DNA of 64,000 nucleotides from Antedon mediterranea (GCF_964355755.1 NC_092672.1:9610001-9674000), one strand, 5' to 3'; positions 50,245 to 64,000 are shown, counted from the first letter of the stretch. Numbers and translations are program-made. The notes: generated from the letters alone by a model not told the origin.

Positions 50245-52836
50245 CAGGCCCGTATCCAGGGGGGGTGCGTTGGGTGCAGATGCACCCACCCCCCCCCCCC
50301 CCAAGTCCCAAAAGGTCCACTATTTCCTCGGTTGGTATTTTTTCCTGTCTTGTTTAACTAAAGACAATATCATTATATATATACAAAATTTACATTATCA
50401 ATGGTATACAAACAAAAATATGCTAATATAAAATGAAAAAATACCGGTAATTAAATTACGGAATCTGAACTGACTACAAACTCGATGTAAAACATGCGCA
50501 GTCGATCATGTGACGACAAGCAATAGCTTAGCGCTTCATGTACGCGGTACGCGGTAAAGTGTTTGCTGGAGAAATACAGACAACTTAACGTCAGGGAACA
50601 CGTGTACTTTTTGTCGGGGAATATAATATACAGTAAAAAGCGTTCGCGTTCACTTCGTAGCTAGCTTCAGCGCCTAGAAAACCGCGACGTTTCATTGACC
50701 ATGAGAGTACGTCAGAGTGATATTATGCACTTTATATGTGTTATGCGCGATTTGAACGATTTGCGCAATTTGAAATTGCGCAAAAAAATCCTTGCGCAAT
50801 TTGAAATTGCGCAAAGAATTCTTGCGCAATTTTAGATTGCGCAAGGATTTTTTTGCGCAATTTGAAATTGCGCAATCAACTTGCGCAATTTCAAATTGCG
50901 CAAGAAAATCTTTGCGCAATTTTAAATTGCGCTGCACAATTTGTAAATTGCGCAAGATAGTTCTTGCGCAATATGACACCTTTGCGCAATTTGAAAACGA
51001 ACTGTAAATTTTCCCATACATGGCTAGGCTAGGCCTAGGCAGAGGAGTTTAAAATTTAGTATTTGATTATATAAATAAGACCATTTCAATGAAGATAATG
51101 TTTAATACTCACTTTTTAAGTTTTTAATATTAGTTTAAGCTAGGCCATGTAACCTAGTCAGTATCAGTAGTCCAGACCCTAGCTAGGCTAGAGTAGTATA
51201 GCCGGCCGCCCGCGCCGCGCCCGCCTGGTGGAACACCACCGCTTCGTTTTCCTTCGTCGGTTCTTCGACGGTATGCTAACTTATAACAATATTTGCACTA
51301 CTAAAATAAGGAAATGCGATATTTATCTTTAATTTTGAATCATTCTTAGAAATTACTATAAAAATATGGGTGTGCATGATTTCACAATCTGTCGAAAAAC
51401 CTTGCGCAATTTACAGATTACTTGCGCAATTTAATACGTTGCTTGCGCAATTTGAAACACATGTTTCAATTCAAATTGCGCAAGGATTTTTTTTGCGCAA
51501 TTTCAAATTGCGCAAATCGTTCAAATCGCGCATAACATATGCATTCATTATTGCCAGCGATCTAACTTACTACTAAACAATAGCTAGGTACGCACTTGTC
51601 TGGCGGTATCCCAATGTACGAATCGTTCAACGTTGGGTCGAGACGCGTGATATCAAGTTTCATCCAGGGACCAAAATGTGTAATGTGTTATTTTCCAGGC
51701 GAAGTTTACCGACGGTTACGTCGTGTACTGCGTCGACGTACGCTATACTACAGCAAAAACGAATTATGTTAATTGTTCGTTTGTTCACCAATTTTTTAAT
51801 TTACAAGTAACCTTCTGTACCGTGGGGCACCTAAAATAAATTTTTCATCCATTACTAAACAAAAAAACATGCCATTTTCGCTTAGCCAACATTATAGCTA
51901 TAGTTATTACATTTTCAATATCCTGTATGTCATGAATTTCTCGCCACTTGGAAGTCCAGATGGTACGCATGCATACACCTGGGAGGAATAAACTTTTTTC
52001 CCCGACTGAAAAAGGTCTACGCTTGCGTTTTTTAAGCCTCTAGGCCTGATGTTTCCAAAGTATAAAATGCAATTTTTTGAAGACCTGCAGCTCTAGTTTT
52101 AAACATTTTCTTAGCTCAGCCCCAACAATAAAGCTGGTCATATTTCGAAGAACAAGAAGTACATTTTCCGGGACCTAACATCTCTATTTTTCAAACATTT
52201 CTTAGCTCAGTCACAACCCATGATAGGGACTTATATTTTTTTTTTCATGTTTTGAAGTATAATAAGTCCAATTTCCGGGACCTCCAACTCTATTTTTCAA
52301 AATTTTCTTTGAACTTTTATTTTTTAAATTGAAAAATATGGATTGAAACCGTCATCGCGCATCGTTTTTTTGCACGCAGTATTTTATTTATGCATTATAA
52401 AAAATGGAAAAAATGGCTACCCTAAATCTGATTAAAAAGACCTCAAATGACGCTAGAACGCGTTGCTTCCGGGGGCTTCGCCCCCTGGACCCCCACCGGG
52501 GGCCCTTGGCGGCCCCTGGCCCTCAGCCTAGTGATGCTCGCTTCGCTCGCATAGCCCCCTCGTCGGGGAATGTAGCCCCGCGTCGGGAAGATCCTGGCGC
52601 CACCCCTGCTGAGTTGGCCTCATCATGAAAGCGTTAAGTTCTGGTGTCCATCGTTCAACTAGCCCAAGCCACAACAGAGAGTCTTACATCAGTCTTTAGA
52701 ACGTCAAATAACGCAAATTTTCCAGGGCCTTCGGCCCCTGGACCCTCACCGGGGGCCCTTGGCGGCCCCCTGGCCCCCAGCCATTGTTGCTCGCTTCGCT
52801 CGCACCCCCCCATTATAAATGCTGCATACGGGCCTG
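50245..52836. mobile_element. hAT-like (hAT5-type) non-autonomous element, 5-bp TSD
   Basis: CAGGCCCGTAT.CAG ... CTGCATACGGGCCTG flanked by cgctt. Related ends at ~15763-15971, ~58190-58235 and 63681. Confidence 0.7.
50739..51537. mobile_element. Ginger-like MITE (TGT..ACA termini, 4-bp TSD) nested in the hAT-like element
   Basis: TIR TGTTATGCGCGATTTGAACGATTTGCGCAATTTGAAATTGCGCAAAAAAA, TTGCGCAA palindrome arrays, TSD tatg. Confidence 0.72.
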
Positions 52837-53032
52837 CGCTTTCTGTCCGACATGACAGTGCATGCCCTACACACAAGGGATCCCACACAAGCTGGCATGT
52901 TTCAGTCCATCACGTCTCCTTGTGTTTTCGAGGAAATAATTACCCCGGGGGTGGGGGCTGCAGGATACAGTCCAACAGTCGTATAAAACGTACTACAGTC
53001 GTACAAAACAAGAAATAAGGCCATGGCCTAAC

Positions 53033-56000
53033 GGATGCTAGTCAAGTCGCCCCATCGCAAAGTCGTACCATATAAAGTCGCCCTTTACAAAGTCGCCCCC
53101 ATCTCAAAGTCGCCCCAAAACAAAGTCGCCCCGACACAGTCGTCCCATTGCAAAGTCACCCAATCGCAAAGTCGCCCCAACTCAAAGTCGCCCCATCGCA
53201 AAGTCGCCCTAACACAAAGTCGCTCCATCGCAAAGTCGCCCCAGAACGTTAAAATAGTTTACAAGTGCGTAAAATGTCCCAATGATACATAAAATAACAC
53301 GGAACGTTTAGGGATGATAAAAGGGGAGGGGGAGCCCCGTCATGTAATCTCAGGTCACACGATCGGCACCCTCCCATCAGAGAGGAAGCCCCCGACTAAT
53401 CACTCCGAGGTCGCACTAACGCGCTAGCTCACCAGAGGGAAACCCCGTAATTACTCCGCCATTGTCGCACTCTACTACAAAACAACGCACCATCTGAAAA
53501 AGGGGGAAGCCCCACCGGAGTCACTCCGACTTTTACGATGATATTGGTTGCGTTATTTTTGGTCGCGATAAAATGATGTTACGATCTCTAGATCTACTTT
53601 GGTCGATGAATATTTATTATTAGGTGATCATTTAGAATAAAATGATCACCTATTGTTATTGTACAAAATCTTTATTATTGGTTATCCGCACTTGGCGGAT
53701 AACCCCTTGTTATTGTTAGGATCTTTTTTTTTTCTTTGGTTATCCGTCATCAGAATTAAAGGAGACCTTGAAAATTAGAGTATATAGTGTACACTGTATA
53801 TACTTTGACGTGACGCAAAATAGAGAGCGCACTAACATTTTTTTCAATGGCATAATCATTTTTTTCTGTGCGCCATATTCTAACGTATGACGTGCGCGTG
53901 GTGTCACGTCTGCGCTGCGGATAACCTAACTCGTCCGTAGTGGCGAGTTCAAATCTAGTTGTTTTCCTTGTTGTTATTCTTCTTTCTGTACACTTTTCTG
54001 TAACAATTATCTCAAAAAGTTAAATAGCAATGATCTAAAAAATTACACAATGTCTTTCAAATACTTTAACTTAGACATAATAAGCTTTTCAGCGTGATCA
54101 CTCATCCGTTTGAGTCCATTCTGACTTAAAATAACACTATACGAGCACTTTAAAAATGACAAAATGCGCACATTAATTGTACAAAAGTGCTAAAAATGGT
54201 AACAATTTATTTTTATTTTAAAATGAATATAATTCTTCAGAATGGAAAGTGACCCCCAATGTTTTTAACTTAATATGGAAGCCAATAAGTTGTAGATATA
54301 AATGTATATACACATTAAACGTACAAAATGGTATGACGTCATCAAATGGCCACTTGAATTTAAAAATTAGGAATTTTTTTCGTTTTGTGTAGGTTATCAC
54401 ATTCAATAGAGCGCATCTCCGCTATTTGAGCCCGATTTTCGCACAAATTTCAGTATGTGCTTGCTTAATTATTTATCTTTCTCATGAGTTGTCAGCGTTT
54501 TCATTTTGACGACGTTATCACGTGTAAAAACTTGAATAACGTGAGTCGTATAATTTCACCTACACCATACAGTTTAATATCTTACCGCTCATCAGAATTA
54601 AAGGAGACCTTGAAAATGTTAACTGATTAAGAAAGCTGATAAAATGTAGATATGAATTCATAACAAAATTAAGCCGATCGGATGTTGTGATGGTATTATA
54701 TGGCCAGTTGAAGTTAAAAAGTAGTTTTTAAATTTCTTTAGTCCAAGTTATACAAATTTCAATGAGCGGGCTTTGCGCTTCTACATGTCAAATTCTCTTC
54801 CAATTCTTATATTTATTTGCTCAATTCATTATCTGTCGAAATGATTATCTTTGAGTTTATTTTGATATATCCATCATACCAAAAAATCAGAACATGGTGT
54901 GTATCCCGTAATTTCCTCTATGCTACACTGTATATAGATATACAGTATATACTGTATATTGTATATATATGGCATATAATAGGCACAACTCAACACTATA
55001 AGCATATAATATTAGGATGGAATATATCATCATTTTCCGATCGTATGATAACGTACGTGCATGTTTAAAAAAAATTATTTTCAGTAATTAATTAATTAAT
55101 TAATGCCAATAAAATGATAAAAATGATCACCTATAATTCGTCAAAGTGACGAATTAAATTCTAGTTATTATATTAATAATTTACTTTTTTTTAATTTTAC
55201 AGATCTCTGAGAAAGATGTGTGCCTTAAAAAATGAAAATTTGTAAAAATAGTTTAAGATTATAGTATTATTCGGCATAATGTCATTTAACAATACATACT
55301 TATTTAAACGTGAAATATTTTATAGAGAACGTAGGCTACATCTGTGTCTTTATTTTATATACAACAAATTACGCATTCAGTTTACTATTAGTATTACAAT
55401 GAACATTTGATTATAAGCCTGGAAAGGCAATCCATCAATCATTATCCATTATAAATTGCATCATATACTCACTATATATGTCGTAAATGATGACGTGCGT
55501 GTGTGTATTCGTCGTATGTCCGTGGTTCTTCACTGTCTTGTTTAATTTAAAACACCCGATATGAGGATATTTATTAGGTATGGTAATTAGAATGTTCTAT
55601 AAACAAAAGGGTTGAAAGAAATTTCTTCAGTAAAACGATCATTTTGCTGTTGATTAAAAGGCGACTCACAATCTGAAACCAATCTGTTTCTTCACAGCTG
55701 CTACGTCTTTCTGCTGACCGTCGGGGATTCCCCTTTTGAAAAAAGATGCACACGATACTGTACGATGGTTTTTCCATAGACAAAATGTAGCGTTTTAATA
55801 TTACTAAAATACCTGCATGTAAAACGATCATATCGGCGATGAAATCCTTTTTTTTTAGTATTTTTTATTTCTTCATTTTGAAAAGTCATAATAAAATTTA
55901 ATAACAATAGACACATAACTTGTCAATAAATGCAAAATGATCAATAAGTAGCCTATAACACTCATTGTCTACACAGCTGTACTGTTTGTTTTAACTAATC

Positions 56001-56534
56001 TAAGCCTATACGAAGGCCTACTACACATTTATACATTTATTATATGATCCTAAAAGAATGATTGATCTGGTCCACTAGTAGGTTGAAGAAAAATTGGCCT
56101 CTGGTAACTAATTTTAAAATCATTATATATTAACATTTTCGAAACTATAAATCAGGGATAAACTTTTTAGAAACTTTTAAACAAGGAACTATTTTTATGA
56201 ATGATTTTTAAAAAGCACATTACTCCATTAAAACCTGTAAAATAAAAATTAAAACACAAATTATGTATTCATAATAGGATAAACATTATAATGTATACGA
56301 CATTTAGCGCGCCCAAAGTAACAACGCGATCAATATCAAACGCAAAACCGATATGATTAAAACTTCGTACTACTAGCGGCGGCGCTTCATACCGAATTAA
56401 AACCGTGGGCGACTTTGCGTTGGGGCGACTTTGTGATTGGGCGACTGTGTCGGGGCGACTTTGCGATGGGGTGACTTTGTATCGGGCGACTTTGTATGGG
56501 GCGACTTTGCGATGGGGCGACTTGACTGGATCCC
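53033..56534. mobile_element. MULE/foldback-like element with aaagtcgccc arrays
   Basis: Left array at 53040-53245, inverted array at 56405-56530, TSD ggcctaac. Confidence 0.8.
53617..55164 (+). mobile_element. Helentron-associated (HINE/DINE-like) element with a related element nested inside (~53675-53958)
   Basis: 5' subTIR plus inverted repeat (taggtgatcattt..aaatgatcaccta), 3' subTIR, stem-loop aattcgtca-aag-tgacgaatt, CTAG end in a T-rich site. The inner element has the same layout (ggttatccgc..gcggataacc). Confidence 0.65.
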
Positions 56535-57062
56535 GGCCTAACTTGGCTGGGAGTCATTGGACAACTAGGTCTACTTGACCTGTCTGGGCTAACCTATTAT
56601 TTTGGGCCTAGGCTTAACCTTACTAGTTAAAGTAGGTAGGGGCTAGCCTAGCTAGGCCTAAAATCGGACAGAAAATGTGGAGTTATTTACATGTATTTGA
56701 CAGTACAGATATAACAAGCAAAATAGTCAACAAAATATTGATAATAAAATACAATCATTTTAAAGTTAATATTGTGCCTTAAAAGGGTTATTTGATTGTT
56801 GTCAATTGGCTGTGTTGTGACAAAGGGCTGCCACACACGCTATGGCTATACCATATTCTTTGAAGAGCAGCAGCTGGAAAGATGACAGCACATGTTTTTC
56901 CACTGTATTTTAGTAACCAAAATGGTTGACATTCGGGGAAAAGAATCATCAAAGACAGAAGTGAAGAATCTCTTTCTCCAATTATTACACATTATTTAGG
57001 CCTACTATTAAATATTGTTTTTTTATTAACTATATTTTTTGCATAAAAATTGCTTTGTTTAA

Positions 57063-57634
57063 AGATGTATTGTCCCTTTGAGTAATTCCAAAAAAAATTT
57101 AAAAAAAAGATTTCGAAAAAAAGTAGGTCATTTTGAAGTATCAAAATAGTTATAAACTTTCACAAAAAATTAGTCGAAAAAAAATTGTTTAACTGAAATA
57201 TATACAGACGTTTGTTTTTGTTCAAAAAATAACTTTGACTTCCAGTCAAAGTTTTTGATCAAGACATATCTCATAATGCAACGCGCTTGTTTGGCTAATC
57301 TATATGCATAATCATAAAACTTCCTACGATCTGTGTGAAAACACCTTCTCAACCGTGACGAGTTGTAAACAATCCTAATTAGCATCATGCAAAATGCATA
57401 CTCGTGGTTTGAAATCTTTGTTTACTTTTGCTCGTGACGATTTTCCAGATGAAATGTAATCAAACTAATTTACCTGTTAATTATGTAAACTTGTTGTTTT
57501 TGGCTTAAATTTTCGACTTAAAGTGAATAACTAATATTACTTTGATCATGGAGGTATAAAAAGCTTTGATATGGCCAATTTAAATAAAACATATTTTGAC
57601 ATTCATTTTTTGTGTTTCAAGGGACAATACATCT
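57063..57634. mobile_element. Kolobok-like MITE
   Basis: TIR AGATGTATTGTCCCTT, TTAA TSD, purine-purine terminus. Confidence 0.8.
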
Positions 57635-58669
57635 TTAATAAAAGAAACCATTTGGTCTAGCGACGTTAATTGCTGGTTTGAGGAACGCGATCGCGCAGGC
57701 GCTCCTTAAAAATGACTGATCGCTTTCGGAAATTCCCTTTTATTGTGTAAAAAGAGTGATGGTCACAAAGAGGAGACCTACGCAAGAAGGATCATGTGTG
57801 CAAGGAGTTCTTAATTAGAACTCCATATGTAAGCAGGCCTAGAATAACCATACCACACACCACAAGTGGCGAACGTCCACTACAAAAAGCAACACATGCG
57901 CAGTGTAACTAAAATGAACTAACTTTTTTTGCGGGGCTATACTAGGCCTACTAAAGTCAGAGACGGCAAATGATGTAAAATCACGAATTTTCTTTGTAAA
58001 ATAAATTTGAAAATTGAAAATACACTGGAAACGGCGGGATTACTAGCCTAGCTATTTTATGATACGATCTTGCTATTTAGTAATAAAAGTAACATTTGCC
58101 TGCTGGCTATACTACAGAAAAGGCAAACAATCATCATATGGGCTAGGCTTATGCCTAGGCTAGTCTGGTTTGAAAGGGCACTTCATGAAAAAGGGGGTTC
58201 GTTCGAACCCTACGAACCCCCCTGGCCACGGGCTTGTAATAATCTTCAGATTTTATGTTTTTGTTGGAAAATACTTTTAACTAATCCCTCACCATTCAAC
58301 TATTTTTGTAAAGTGGGTTGCATTTAGTCTTTATAATACATGTTTTTTTTTCTAAACACGTGCTATTAATGTATTGATATTAACACACTGGGATTACTTT
58401 TTATATCTACTATATTTTTTTTGTAATCATTCCTAAAAGAATAAAATTAATAACAACAATTATTTTCAAACAAAACATCAATTTTTTTTTTAAAATTGCC
58501 GATATTATGGACAGGATTTAATTTTATTCGTTTTTTTTAAGCGGGACATTAGGCGGCGAGGCGAGACACTGGATATACAAAAACAAGGAATAAAGTGTTG
58601 TATTGTCTTCTGTATTGGGTTCAAAAAGTTGTATTTACCTAAATAAATTGTAATTTAAAGCAAACATAA

Positions 58670-61600
58670 TTATTCATTATTTTTTTTAACGGTACATTTA
58701 GGCGGCGGGACGTCTCGAGTCGACTGGACATACAAAAACAAGGGGCAAGGAATCAAGTGTTGTGTATTTATTGTCTTTTTTATTTACATGGTATAGTCTC
58801 CCAGTAAGCGTTGGAGGTTTTTGCCTGAAGCTCGATTAAACGTATGTCTGTGCAAAATATTTATCTTTTGCTAATGATTCGAAACATTTTCAAGTTTATT
58901 GTTTACATAATATAATACCATATATATAGAACATTTGATTAATAAATATGATTGTGTGAGGAGGACGCATTACGCCAAGGCTTTAAGTGTGGTCCTCCAG
59001 ATAAAAGATATTTATATATATAATATTAAGTGAGAGAGAAAAAAATAGAAAAACACTGAATTGTCTAGTACTGTAACTTAGACTAATGGAATCTATAGAC
59101 CTAGATGAATGGGGAAAAGTGCATTTACCTTGTACATGACCCCGGCACAAATACATTCATCGATCCATTCTAATAACATGACGACAATCTTAATGCCTTT
59201 GGTTCTCGCGAGGATGTAACCCACCGTAAGTAATTGAAAAAATGGGAAAATGTAAAAAACCATTGCCTGTCACTAATGCTTTTATTCTTTGAGTTATTAT
59301 CTCTGTCAGTTTAAGTTGTTTGATGTTTTCTTAAGGGGCGGCATGACTTTGTAACAACATGGCATTGAAGAACACAATATCAGAAGGGCTGCTTGTTTTC
59401 GATTAGATAGAAATATGAAATTAACGATGTATAAACAATAATGTCAATCCTGCTTTTAGTAGGCTTACTAGAGGCTCATCCTTAGTAGGCCTACTAAATG
59501 GTTTGGACAATAATATATGAAATTTAAAATGTATACAAATTAAATAATATTTGTATCATTCCTACGATGGGCGCATCCTTAGTGCCCGGCCTTATATGTT
59601 ATTTTGTTTAAATTTGACTATCATACAGGTATAATAATCCATTAATACATACATAATGCAATTCGATCCTTACCATGATTAATGTTTGTTACAGTTTTAA
59701 TATTTGTACATATTTCATTTAACCTACCATCATCATAAACTTTCTGGGTCTGTGTGCGTGTCTTTAAAAAAAAAAAAATTCAAATTAGCAAATATTTTTA
59801 TATAGGCCTAAATAACATTATAAAAACATTTCTTTTAATTTTCGAATTATTTGTTTAAAATTAAAAATTTAAAGAAATGTCTAAAAATGATATAACTTTC
59901 TTACAATGTAAGCGTGATACACTAAAAAGTATATTCAACTGGCCAATCCGAATAAAACTTGTTGCGCAAGACATAAACAAAAAACAAACAAAAAACGATG
60001 CCAAGATACAAACAGAACATAAAACAATGGACAGAAACAGAAAAGTAAATGGGAAAACAAATTTAGACTGTAAAAATTAGTAATTTTAGATAATAATGGC
60101 GTTTGGTTATGGGAAAATATTATGTTCATCGATGTGCAATTCTAGGTAAGGTTATTCCAACGTTTCATCACTGATTCATGTAAGCGAATAAACACAATGC
60201 AAATTATACACAAAGGCCATAAATATTTTGACCATTTTTTTTGTTTATATAGTGTGTTGGTTTGTCTACGAGCCTTAAAGTTTGGTTCTCCCAAGGACGG
60301 AAAGCTAGCCCACTATAAGTAATTTGAGCAATCATCCAAAATGTGTCAAGGAGTTGAGTTTTCCAACTGAGAACAACTCAGTTTTAACACGCCACTTTCG
60401 TCTGACCTTGAAGTGGCTTAATATAATTTATTTAAAATAATAATAAATATGCTGTAACTGACACAAATTAGCAAAATCTTCGATGGAATTCTACTGAAAC
60501 TTGATATATTAGACTTCAATAGAATTATATTAATATTAATTAATAATGTTTTTATTAAGAACTTTCTCTAATTCTCCAGTCAATCTCACTTAGGCATATA
60601 GTAATCAAAATTGTCATAAAGCCTACCGTGAGTATATTATTAATCCATATTTTTATGTACGTCAGGCTGACTATGATTTCAGTGTATTTCATCGGAATTA
60701 TACATTTGTCGATTATAGACTAGACTCACGTTTTCCAAAAAAAAAAAAATGAAGAAGAAGAAACACTATTTTGTTATAACATGGAGCTATAATGGAGCTA
60801 ATTTTATCGCTCCATGGTTATATTAGAGTAAATAAAAGGGCTGCAGATCTGTCCTTTTATTTAAATATATTGTTTCCCATGACAATGGATTCTAAAAATG
60901 TTTTACACAAAAATTTTTTTACAGAGGACACTCCAAATGTTTAAGCCTATATAGGCCTAGACCTACATTATAATTTCGATCGAAAATCCTCCCTCACCGC
61001 ACATTCCGAAAAAATGCTAAGTGAATGTAACTGGTGTAGGTACCTAGAGTTTCCATTGGCTGAATACCTGGCCCGATACATTTTGTTGTATTATTTTTCT
61101 ATGTTTCTGACACAAAAGTGTTTCAACGTAACGAACATAATCCTGTGGGATGGGCGTTGAAAAAAAGCCCGTTGTCAGTCAGAAAATAGCAGCCAGTGAC
61201 TCCTCTGTTGTAAAAACCAATGACGTTTACGGTGGTGACGTCATCCTGTAGGCCTAATAGTCTTGGCCCGTGCTTTTGTAATGTAATGCGACATTTATAT
61301 AGCGTTAAATTTCATGAAGGTCAGAGTGCTGTTACACCTTTTCAACAACATTCTTCTCCCTAAGGGTCACATCGTGTCATTGGCAGCCAACTACGGTGCC
61401 ATTCATCTGTCCATGACAGTGTGTGTGTGTGTGAACTAGTACACCGGGTAACCCCCCACTCGTCTCGAAAGATGTAATAGGTTCTTTAACGTGCACACGA
61501 GCAATATATACACTGGACCTACGGTTTATAGTCCTTATATATTTGGTTAACAAAATGTAGGCCCTATTTACCGGAATAAATTGTAATGTAAAGCAAAACA

Positions 61601-63665
61601 TAATGATTCGTTATTTTTTTTAAAGCGGGACATTTAGGAGGCGGGTCGAGACTCAGACTAGACATACAAAAACAAGGGCCAAGGAATCAAGTGTTGTGTA
61701 TTTATTTTCTTTTTTTATTTACATGGCAGTCTCCCAGTCAGCGTTGGAGATTTTTGCCTGGAGCTCGATTAAACGTATAATGTATGTGCCAAAATAGTTA
61801 TCTTTTGCTAAGGAAGTTGATTGATTATACAATAATAATAAAATATATACAGAACATTTTGGTTAATGAATATAAGTTTGTGAGGGGGACGCATTACGCG
61901 CCTAAGTAAGAGAGAAAAAAAGAGAAAAACACCTAATTGTCTAGTATACTGTAACCTAGACTAATGGAATCTATAGACCGAGATGAGTGGGGAAAAGTGT
62001 ATTTGCCTTGTACATGACCCCGGCACGGAGACATTCCTCGATCCACTCTAATAACGACAAAATATGATAAATGATAAATGACGACAATAATAATGCCTTT
62101 GGTTCTCGCGAGGACATAACCCCACCGGAAGTAATTTAAATAATGGGAAAATGTAAAAAACCATTGCCTGTCACTAATGCTTTTATTCTTTGAGTTATTC
62201 TCTGTCAGTTTAAGTTGTTCGATGTTTTCTTAAGGGGCGACATGACTTTGTAACAACATGGCATTGAAGAACACAATATTAGAAGGGCTGCTTGTTTTCG
62301 ATTAGAAGAAATATGAAATTAACGATGTATAAACAATAATGTCAATCCTGCTTTTAGTAGGCTTACTAGAGGCTCATCCTTAGTAGGCCTACTAAATGGC
62401 ATTGGACAATAATATGCATGCGTGTTTTCGATTATAATGAATAGGCCTATGAAATTTAAAATGTATACAAATTAAATAATTACAGTTTTAATATTTGTAT
62501 ATATTTCATTAAACCTACCATCATCTCTTATAATTAACTGTCTGGGTCTGTGTGCGTGTCTTTTTTAAAATAAAAATTCAAATTAGCAAATATTTTTATA
62601 TAGGCCTAATAACATTATAAAAACATTTCTTCTAATTTTCGAATTATTTCTGAAAAAAAAACAGATTAAAATGAAAGAAATGTCAAAAGATGATATAACT
62701 TTCTTCTAACAATGGAAGCGTCAAACACTAAAAAGTATATTCAACTGGCCAATCCGAATAAAACTTGAGTTGCGCAAGACATAAACAAAAAACAAACAAA
62801 AAAATGATGCCAAGATACAAACAGAACATAAAACAATGGACAGAAACAGAAAATTAAATGGGAAAACAAATTTAGACTGTAAAAATTAGTAATTTTAAAT
62901 AATAATGGCGTTTGGTTATGGGAAAATATTATGTTCATCGATGTGCAATTCTAGGTAAGGTTATTCCAACGTTTCATCACTGATTCATGTAAGCGAATAA
63001 ACACAATGCAAATTATACACAAAGGCCATAAATATTTTCAACATTTTTTATTTGTTTATATAGTGTGTTGGTTTGTCTACGAGCCTTAAAGTTTGGTTCT
63101 CCCAAGGACGGAAAGCTAGCCCACTATAAGTAATTTGAGCAATCATCCAAATGTGTCAAGGAATTGCGCCCACGTCGTTGAGTTTTCCAACTGAGAACAA
63201 CTCAGTTTTACACGCCACTTTCGTCTGACCTTGAAGTGGCTTAATATAATTTATTAAAAATAATAATAAATATGCTGTAACTGACACAAATTAGCAAAAT
63301 CTTCAATGGAATTCTACTGAAACTTGATATATTACTTCAATAGAATTATATTAATATTAATTAATAATATTTTTATTAAGAACTTTCTCTAATTCTCCAG
63401 TCAATCTCACTTAGGCATATAGTAATCAAAATTGTCATAAAGCCTACCGTGAGTATATTATTAATCCATATTTTTATGTACGTCAGGCTGACTATGATTT
63501 CAGTGTATTTCATCGGAATTATACATTTGTCGATTATACACTAGACTCAAGTTTTCCGGAAAAAAGAAATTGTTATATTAGAGTAAATAAAGGGCCAGGT
63601 CTGTCCTTTTATTTAAATGTATTGTTTCCCATGAGAATAATGGATTCTAAAAATGTTTTACACAC
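58670..63665 (+). repeat. Local direct duplication of ~2.2 kb (58670-60910 vs 61605-63665)
   Basis: Long near-identical blocks, e.g. 59930-60730 vs 62735-63550, with copy-specific indels. A partial third start lies at ~58520-58610. Confidence 0.92.
60780..60816. mobile_element. 37-bp micro-MITE with CATGGAG termini
   Basis: catggagc..gctccatg flanked by gttataa/gttatat. Absent from the paralogous site at ~63572. Confidence 0.8.
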
Positions 63666-64000
63666 AAAAATTATACACTCCAGGCCCGTAACCAGTGGGG
63701 GGGGGGGGGGGATCGGGGAACAGCGAGTTCCGCTTGGCCTCCCACTTTTTTTTGCTGGGCATACTAACACAATACGACGATTGTTCACTACAGGCCTAGT
63801 CAAGCCTTAATAAATTTAATTGATATATATACCTGTATATCAAAAAAATTTGAGAGTAACCAAACTGGCCGCATTTTTCGGATAAGACAATCAATTAATT
63901 GTCTAACCAAAAACGTCATTTATCTCATATACTGTAATATTTGTGGCAAACAGTACGTCGGAGAAACAAAAAACACTCTCCGTATGAGAATGACACAACA

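Noticed and set aside
50692-53292. ORFs with repetitive peptides (AQFEIAQ, KVAP/KSP; also GQLPP at 31000-31227)
   Set aside because: Translations of MITE subterminal minisatellites.
53745-54600. Other CTGATGA/TCATCAG occurrences as hammerheads
   Set aside because: No stem II plus GAAA arrangement in the sites inspected.

Overview
AT-rich eukaryotic (animal) genomic DNA with spliceosomal introns. It is probably a marine invertebrate deuterostome, but that is an inference. Most ORF-track entries are single exons or noise, so I rebuilt gene models from GT-AG sites and codon phase. (1) 1-4863 holds the right part of an apparently intact PIF/Harbinger DNA transposon. Its DDE transposase gene (- strand) and its MADF-BESS gene (+ strand) are interleaved, each lying partly in an intron of the other. 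(2) A 4-exon gene encodes an ~1378-aa type I membrane protein (signal peptide, Thr/Asn-rich repeats, TSP1, TM). It sits head-to-head with (3) a complete 8-exon MASP1-like complement protease gene (CUB-EGF-CUB-CCP-CCP-SP). (4) A tandem partial duplicate of the MASP 3' half carries new N-terminal TM-anchor and TSP1 exons and is now disabled. (5) An 8-exon CFAP119/CCDC189 gene lies on the - strand, with a Penelope-type hammerhead ribozyme in the sense orientation in one intron. (6) From ~37.4 kb to the end is a gene-poor zone of nested MITEs (MULE-, hAT-, Ginger-, Kolobok-, Helentron- and P-like), a decayed LINE and a ~2.2-kb local duplication. No CRISPR array or rRNA was found.
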